Shown in pieces: positions 54,621-59,851 of a DNA stretch of 59,851 bases. Each line of letters opens with the position of its first letter. Position 1 is the stretch's first letter. A model generated the notes under the pieces. That model made no database searches. It saw only the letters and a program-made list of their open reading frames with translations, and was not told the origin of the DNA. The translations under genes were made by a program, and so were the position numbers. The stretch spans positions 1 to 59,851 of the forward strand of contig JBJMHS010000059.1 of NCBI GenBank assembly GCA_045807245.1. Reading direction: 5' to 3'. The DNA is from Actinomycetales bacterium. Its GTDB lineage: Bacteria; Actinomycetota; Actinomycetes; Actinomycetales; CAVURS01.

Positions 54621-54770
54621 GCCGGACCACGGAATCCGCACGCTCCGCAGGGGTTTGACCACGCAAACGACCGCCCCTTTCCACGGAGACTGTCGAGGTC
54701 GTAGGCTCCGACCCGATCAGCCTGAACGCGCCGGGAGGGGGTCCCCGGGGCCTTGTCCTGAGGAGGACTG

Positions 54771-55379
54771 GTGACCCGGAACGCCCTGCTCGTGGCACCC
54801 GTCGGGCCGGACGACGTCGGGACGCTCACCGAGCTCTGGAGCTCGGCCCGCAGCGAGGCGGGCGGGTCGAGACACGAGCTGTCGATGCTGGCGAAGGACG
54901 CCCACCGGGACATGCACCGGATGGTCGAGGACGTGCTCAGCCGGCAGGGGGTGCACGCGTTCCTGGCCCGCCACGACGGTCGCCCGGTCGGCTACGTCAT
55001 CACGACGTCCGGTCCGCTGCTGCCCCTGGTGGACACGCCCACCGTCTGCATCGAGCACCTGTTCGTCCACCCCGACTCCCGGCACCGCGGCGCGGGAACT
55101 GCGCTCATCTCCGCCTGCGCCACCCTGGCCGAGCGGGTCGGCGCGGAGCAGGTCGCGGTCGGCGTACCGTCCTCCGAACGCGACCCGAACCGGTTCTTCG
55201 CCCGCCTCGGGTTCTCACCGTTCGTGGTCAGGCGGATCGTCGGGGTCGGCGCTCTGCGCCGCCGGCTGGGCGGCGACTCGGGCCGCGTCATGCTCGAGCA
55301 GACACTGCTGCGGCGGCGGTCGCTGCGGGCCCGGGACCGGGCCAAGGCACTCGTCCCGACGTCGCCCGTATCGCACTGA
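54771..55379 (+). CDS. GNAT-family acetyltransferase
   Basis: VGY, IEHLFVHPDSRHRGAGTAL (motif A), NRFFARLGF; GAGGAG RBS. Confidence 0.85.
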   Translation: MTRNALLVAPVGPDDVGTLTELWSSARSEAGGSRHELSMLAKDAHRDMHRMVEDVLSRQGVHAFLARHDGRPVGYVITTSGPLLPLVDTPTVCIEHLFVHPDSRHRGAGTALISACATLAERVGAEQVAVGVPSSERDPNRFFARLGFSPFVVRRIVGVGALRRRLGGDSGRVMLEQTLLRRRSLRARDRAKALVPTSPVSH

Positions 55380-55413
55380 CCGGGCTGTCGCACCAGGCCT
55401 TTAGGCTGGCGCG

Positions 55414-58188
55414 GTGACCGCCTCGCTCAGCACCACAGACGCTTCCGTCACGCTCACCGAGCCGGCAGCCGACGTGGAGTCCGGCGCCGCCGTGGCGCCC
55501 GGTCGGGTGCTGCTGCTGGACGGTCACTCGCTGGCCTACCGCGCGTTCTTCGCCCTGCCGGTCGAGAACTTCAACACGACGACCGGCCAGCCGACCAACG
55601 CGGTCTACGGCTTCACCTCGATGCTGATCAACCTGTTGCGGGACGAGCAACCGACCCATGTCGGCGTCGCGTTCGACGTCTCCCGACAGACCTTCCGGTC
55701 CGAGGAGTACGCCGAGTACAAGGCGGGCCGCTCGGCGACGCCGAACGAGTTCAAGAGCCAGGTGCCGCTCATGCGCGAGGTGCTGAACGCGCTGCGGATC
55801 CCGATGGCCGAGATCGAGGGTTTCGAGGCCGACGACGTGCTGGCCACCTGGGCGGTCGAGGCCCGCGCGGCCGGGCATCAGGTGCTGATCTGCTCCGGCG
55901 ACCGCGACACGTTCCAGCTCGTGAGCGACGAGGTGACCGTCCTCTACCCGATCCGCGGCGTCTCGGAGCTGACCCGGATGACCCCGGACGCGGTCCTTGC
56001 GCGGTACGGCATCGGACCGGAGCGCTACAGCGACCTGGCGGCCCTGGTCGGGGAGGACAGCGACAACCTCCCTGGCATCCCGGGCGTCGGACCCAAGACC
56101 GCGGCCAAGTGGCTGACGACGTACGGCGACCTGGACGGCATCGTCGCCAACGTCGACCAGATCGGTGGCAAGGCGGGGGAGAACCTACGCGCGCATCTCG
56201 ACGGGGTGCTGCGCAACCGGCGGCTCAACGGCCTGGTGCGCGACCTCGACCTGCCGCTGCACGTCGCCGAGCTCAAGCGGCAGGTCTGGGACCGCGAGCA
56301 GGTGCACCAGCTCTTCGACACGCTGGAGTTCCGGGTGCTGCGCGAGCGCCTGTTCGCCGAGCTGCAGAGCGTCGAGCCGGAGGCCGAGGGTGGCTTCGAC
56401 GTGGCCGGTGTCCGGCTCGCGCCCGACGAGGTGGCCGGCTGGCTGGCGGACCAGGTGCCGGTCGGGGTTCGCGCCGGGGTGAGCGTCGTCGGCACCTGGG
56501 GCCGGGGGACCGGCGACGCCCAGGCGGTCGCGCTTGCCACGGCGGACGGCTCCGCGGCGTACATCTCGCTGGTGGACCTGACGAGCGACGCTGAGCGGGC
56601 CCTGGCGGCGTGGCTCGGCGACCCGCTGCAGCCGAAGGCGTTCCACGACGTCAAGGGCCCGATGGAGGCGCTGGCCGCCCGCGGCCTCCGCCTGGGCGGC
56701 GTCGTCAGCGACACGATCCTGGCGGCGTACCTGGTCCAGCCGGACCAGCGGTCCTACGACCTGGCCGACCTGGTGCTGCGCCACCTGGGCCGTGACCTGC
56801 GCATCGAGGGAGAGGCCGACGGCGGCCAGCTGACACTCGACACCGGTGAGGGTCCGGACGAGGCGGACCAGGCGATGGTGCGGGCCCGGGCCGTGCTGGA
56901 CCTGGCGGACGCGCTCGACCCGGAGCTGGAGAGCCGGGGCGGCGCACCGCTGCTGCGGGACGTCGAGCTGCCCCTGGTCGACGTCCTCGCGGCGATGGAG
57001 GGCGTCGGCATCGCTGTCGACATGGAGATGCTCGAGGCCCTGGAGTCGCACTTCGCCGGCCAGGTCGGCCAGGCCCAGCAGGACGCGTTCGACGCGCTGC
57101 CCCAGCCGGACGACGGGTCCAGGCGCACGCTGAACCTCGGGTCGCCGAAGCAGCTGCAGGTCGTCCTGTTCGACGAGCTCAAGATGCCGAAGACGAAGCG
57201 GACCAAGACCGGCTACACGACCGATGCCGACGCCTTGGCCGACCTGTTCGCGGCCACCGAGCACCCGTTCCTCGGCGCCCTGCTGCGGCACCGGGACGCC
57301 AGCCGGCTCCGCCAGACGGTCGAGGGCCTGATCAAGAGCGTGTCGGACGACGGCCGGATCCACACGACGTACAACCAGACCATTGCCGCCACCGGGCGGA
57401 TCAGCTCCACCGACCCGAACCTGCAGAACATCCCGATCCGCACCGACGAAGGCCGCCGGATCCGCGAGGTGTTCGTCGTCGGCCGGGGCTACAGCGAGCT
57501 GATGTCGGCCGACTACAGCCAGATCGAGATGCGGATCATGGCCCACCTGTCCGGTGACGCCGGTCTGATCGAGGCCTTCAAGAGTGGCGAGGACCTGCAC
57601 AGCTTCGTCGGGTCGCGGGTTTTCGGGGTCGAGCCCGCGCAGGTGACTCCGGCCCAGCGGGCCAAGATCAAAGCCATGAGCTACGGCCTGGCCTACGGCC
57701 TGTCGGCCTACGGCCTGTCCCGCCAGCTGCTCATCGGCGTCGAGGAGGCGCGCGGGCTGATGGACGAGTACTTCGCCCGCTTCGGCGGCGTGCGTGACTA
57801 CCTGCGCGAGGTCGTCGAGCAGGCCCGTCGCACCGGGTACACCGAGACGATGCTCGGCCGGCGCCGCTACCTGCCGGACCTGACGAGCGACAACCGGCAG
57901 CGCCGCGAAGGTGCCGAACGGATGGCGCTCAACGCCCCGATCCAGGGCTCGGCCGCGGACGTCATCAAGGTCGCCATGCTGCGAGTCGACGCGGCGCTGC
58001 GCGAGGCCCAGGCGCGCTCCCGAGTGCTGCTGCAGGTGCACGACGAGCTGGTGCTCGAGATCGCCGACGGCGAACGAGCCGACATCGAGACGCTGGTCTG
58101 CGCCGAGATGGGCTCGGCCATCACCATGGACGTCGCGCTCGAGGTCTCCGTGGGCGCCGGCCCGTCCTGGCAAGCCGCCGGCCACTGA
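55414..58188 (+). CDS. polA: DNA polymerase I
   Basis: LLDGHSLAYRAF 5'-3' exonuclease, EADD, SGDRD, DSDNLPG, TGRISSTDPNLQNIP, ADYSQIE, NAPIQGSAAD, QVHDEL. Confidence 0.99.
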   Translation: MTASLSTTDASVTLTEPAADVESGAAVAPGRVLLLDGHSLAYRAFFALPVENFNTTTGQPTNAVYGFTSMLINLLRDEQPTHVGVAFDVSRQTFRSEEYAEYKAGRSATPNEFKSQVPLMREVLNALRIPMAEIEGFEADDVLATWAVEARAAGHQVLICSGDRDTFQLVSDEVTVLYPIRGVSELTRMTPDAVLARYGIGPERYSDLAALVGEDSDNLPGIPGVGPKTAAKWLTTYGDLDGIVANVDQIGGKAGENLRAHLDGVLRNRRLNGLVRDLDLPLHVAELKRQVWDREQVHQLFDTLEFRVLRERLFAELQSVEPEAEGGFDVAGVRLAPDEVAGWLADQVPVGVRAGVSVVGTWGRGTGDAQAVALATADGSAAYISLVDLTSDAERALAAWLGDPLQPKAFHDVKGPMEALAARGLRLGGVVSDTILAAYLVQPDQRSYDLADLVLRHLGRDLRIEGEADGGQLTLDTGEGPDEADQAMVRARAVLDLADALDPELESRGGAPLLRDVELPLVDVLAAMEGVGIAVDMEMLEALESHFAGQVGQAQQDAFDALPQPDDGSRRTLNLGSPKQLQVVLFDELKMPKTKRTKTGYTTDADALADLFAATEHPFLGALLRHRDASRLRQTVEGLIKSVSDDGRIHTTYNQTIAATGRISSTDPNLQNIPIRTDEGRRIREVFVVGRGYSELMSADYSQIEMRIMAHLSGDAGLIEAFKSGEDLHSFVGSRVFGVEPAQVTPAQRAKIKAMSYGLAYGLSAYGLSRQLLIGVEEARGLMDEYFARFGGVRDYLREVVEQARRTGYTETMLGRRRYLPDLTSDNRQRREGAERMALNAPIQGSAADVIKVAMLRVDAALREAQARSRVLLQVHDELVLEIADGERADIETLVCAEMGSAITMDVALEVSVGAGPSWQAAGH

Positions 58189-58221
58189 CGAGACCTCATC
58201 ACAGGCTTCATCGGCGCGACA

Positions 58222-58330
58222 CGCAGCGCGCATTGACAATCCGTCGTAGGCCTCGCGGGACACACCGACGTACAGGCGTTTCGTCCCCGCGGTTCGCGGC
58301 GTTCCCACGACGGACTGTCGAAGCGCTGCG
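58222..58330. repeat. Palindromic intergenic element, copy B
   Basis: CGCAGCGC/GCGCTGCG outer stem; TGACAATCCGTCGT (58234-58247) / ACGACGGACTGTCG (58307-58320); aligns with 15215-15315. Confidence 0.8.
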
Positions 58331-58356
58331 GGCTCCGCCGTCGATCGGCGAGGCCG

Positions 58357-59163
58357 TCAGGGCCGGCGACGGCAGACGAAGATCGCCGTCCCGGGGATGA
58401 GCCGGCCGCGCAGGGGGCTCCAGCCGCCCCAGACCTGGTCGTGGCCCGCCGGCCACTCCGGCTCCACCAGGTCGAGCAGGTCCAGTCCCGCGGCAGCGAT
58501 CTCACGCACGCGGTCCCCCAGGGTGCGGTGGTGCTCGGCGTACCGCACCTGGCCGGACCCGTCGAGCTCGACGTACGGCGTGCGGTCGAAGTACGACGAC
58601 CGGACGGTCAGCCCGCGGGGGCCCGGGTCGTCGGGCAGCGCCCACCGGACCGGGTGCGAGAGGGAGAACACCCAGCGCCCACCAGGGCGCAGCACCCGCG
58701 CCACCTCGCGCATGACGGCGGCGGAGTCCGCGACGAACGGCACGGCGCCGTACGCCGAGCAGGCCGCGTCGACGCTGCCGCCGGCCAGCGGGAGCCGTTG
58801 TGCGTCCGCCTGCACCAACGGCACGGGCGGCCGGCCGAGAGCAGTGTCGATCCGGCGGCTCTCGCGCAGCTGACCGCCGGAGACGTCGAGCGCCACGACC
58901 TCGGCGCCCTGGCCGGTCAGCCATCGGGCGCACTGGGCGGCACCGGCGCCGACCTCCAGCACCCGCAGTCCGCCCACGTCCCCGAGCAGGTGGGCGTCGG
59001 CCTCGCGCAGCCCCTCCGGACCCCAGACGAAGTCCGCGTCGCCGAGGAAGGACCCGTGCTCGTCCTGGTACGACGAGGCCGCCCGGTCCCACCATCCGCG
59101 GTTCGCGGCGACTGTCCGGTCGGCGTCGACCTCGCGTCGTTCGACCCCGCCCAGGTCACTCAT
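58357..59163 (-). CDS. Class I SAM-dependent methyltransferase
   Basis: VLEVGAGAAQC, ALDVS, ADAQRLP, EVARVLRPGG; usual gene between polA and rpsA in actinomycetes. Confidence 0.92.
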   Translation of the reverse strand: MSDLGGVERREVDADRTVAANRGWWDRAASSYQDEHGSFLGDADFVWGPEGLREADAHLLGDVGGLRVLEVGAGAAQCARWLTGQGAEVVALDVSGGQLRESRRIDTALGRPPVPLVQADAQRLPLAGGSVDAACSAYGAVPFVADSAAVMREVARVLRPGGRWVFSLSHPVRWALPDDPGPRGLTVRSSYFDRTPYVELDGSGQVRYAEHHRTLGDRVREIAAAGLDLLDLVEPEWPAGHDQVWGGWSPLRGRLIPGTAIFVCRRRP

Positions 59164-59309
59164 CTGGCGCTCACGTGGGGGATCGTGCCAGGGTCACGGG
59201 CTGGCCGCGTCCGGCCTGCGTGGACTACCCTGGCTTGAGCGCGTCCCACGCGCGTATTTTGCCTGCCCGCAATCACATCATCTGTCCACAATCGAAAGCA
59301 TCCGACTAC

Positions 59310-59851
59310 ATGACCGCCAGCACGACCGAGAAGACCAGCACGCCACAAGTTGCCGTCAACGACATCGGCTCGCCCGAAGACTTCATGGCGGCAATCGACC
59401 AGACGATCAAGTACTTCAACGACGGTGACATCGTCGAAGGCGTCATCGTCAAGGTCGACCGGGACGAGGTCCTGCTCGACATCGGGTACAAGACCGAGGG
59501 CGTGATCCCCTCCCGCGAGCTGTCCATCAAGCACGACGTGGACCCCGGTGAGGTCGTGTCGGTCGGTGACCACGTCGAGGCCCTGGTCCTCCAGAAGGAG
59601 GACAAGGAGGGCCGGCTGATCCTGTCCAAGAAGCGCGCTCAGTACGAGCGGGCCTGGGGCACGATCGAGAAGATCAAGGAAGAGGACGGCATCGTCACCG
59701 GCTCGGTCATCGAGGTGGTCAAGGGTGGCCTGATCCTCGACATCGGGCTGCGCGGCTTCCTCCCGGCGTCGCTGGTGGAGATGCGTCGCGTCCGCGACCT
59801 CCAGCCGTACGTCGGCAAGGAGCTCGAGGCCAAGATCATCGAGCTGGACAA
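59310..59851 (+). CDS. rpsA: 30S ribosomal protein S1 (3'-partial; missing from the ORF track)
   Basis: Manual translation PQVAVNDIGSPEDFMAAIDQTIKYFNDGDIVEG...DIGYKTEGVIPSRELSIKHDVDP...LSKKRAQYERAW. Confidence 0.98.
   Translation, partial: MTASTTEKTSTPQVAVNDIGSPEDFMAAIDQTIKYFNDGDIVEGVIVKVDRDEVLLDIGYKTEGVIPSRELSIKHDVDPGEVVSVGDHVEALVLQKEDKEGRLILSKKRAQYERAWGTIEKIKEEDGIVTGSVIEVVKGGLILDIGLRGFLPASLVEMRRVRDLQPYVGKELEAKIIELD

Overview
A ~60 kb stretch of core chromosome from a high-GC actinomycete (roughly 70% GC by eye). It runs carB(3' end)-pyrD-pyrF-mihF-gmk-rpoZ-coaBC-metK-priA-HAD-def-fmt-rsmB-rpe, then an FMN riboswitch controlling a lone riboflavin transporter (no rib biosynthesis genes follow it), then hisE-hisG. 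A ~10 kb accessory block (15.2-25.5 kb) follows, with molybdoenzyme maturation genes (CoxD/CoxE/XdhC/MocA-like) lacking catalytic subunits, an LLM oxidoreductase, a truncated ABM remnant, a frameshifted metallo-hydrolase, DinB, FUSC, a lipoprotein, a P-loop kinase and an orphan carbamate kinase. Next come hisF, a heterodimeric ABC exporter, hisI, and the trp region interrupted by a CD225/DUF2752/RDD membrane module. A reverse-strand DUF929(CxxC)-VKOR pair sits between trpA and lgt. The window ends with gltBD, pyk, tRNA-Leu(CAA), an ANTAR response regulator, livKHMGF, a GNAT, polA, a methyltransferase and the 5' part of rpsA. I saw no transposase, integrase, prophage or CRISPR. The best leads are (i) the overlapping DUF929-VKOR pair as a candidate disulfide-formation system using a non-DsbA oxidoreductase, (ii) two homologous ~88-nt palindromic elements 43 kb apart, (iii) the dispanin-DUF2752-RDD module, (iv) the riboswitch-transporter-only riboflavin locus and (v) an 11-bp-phased repeat array before pyk. 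Family assignments are from motif recognition only; no searches were run.
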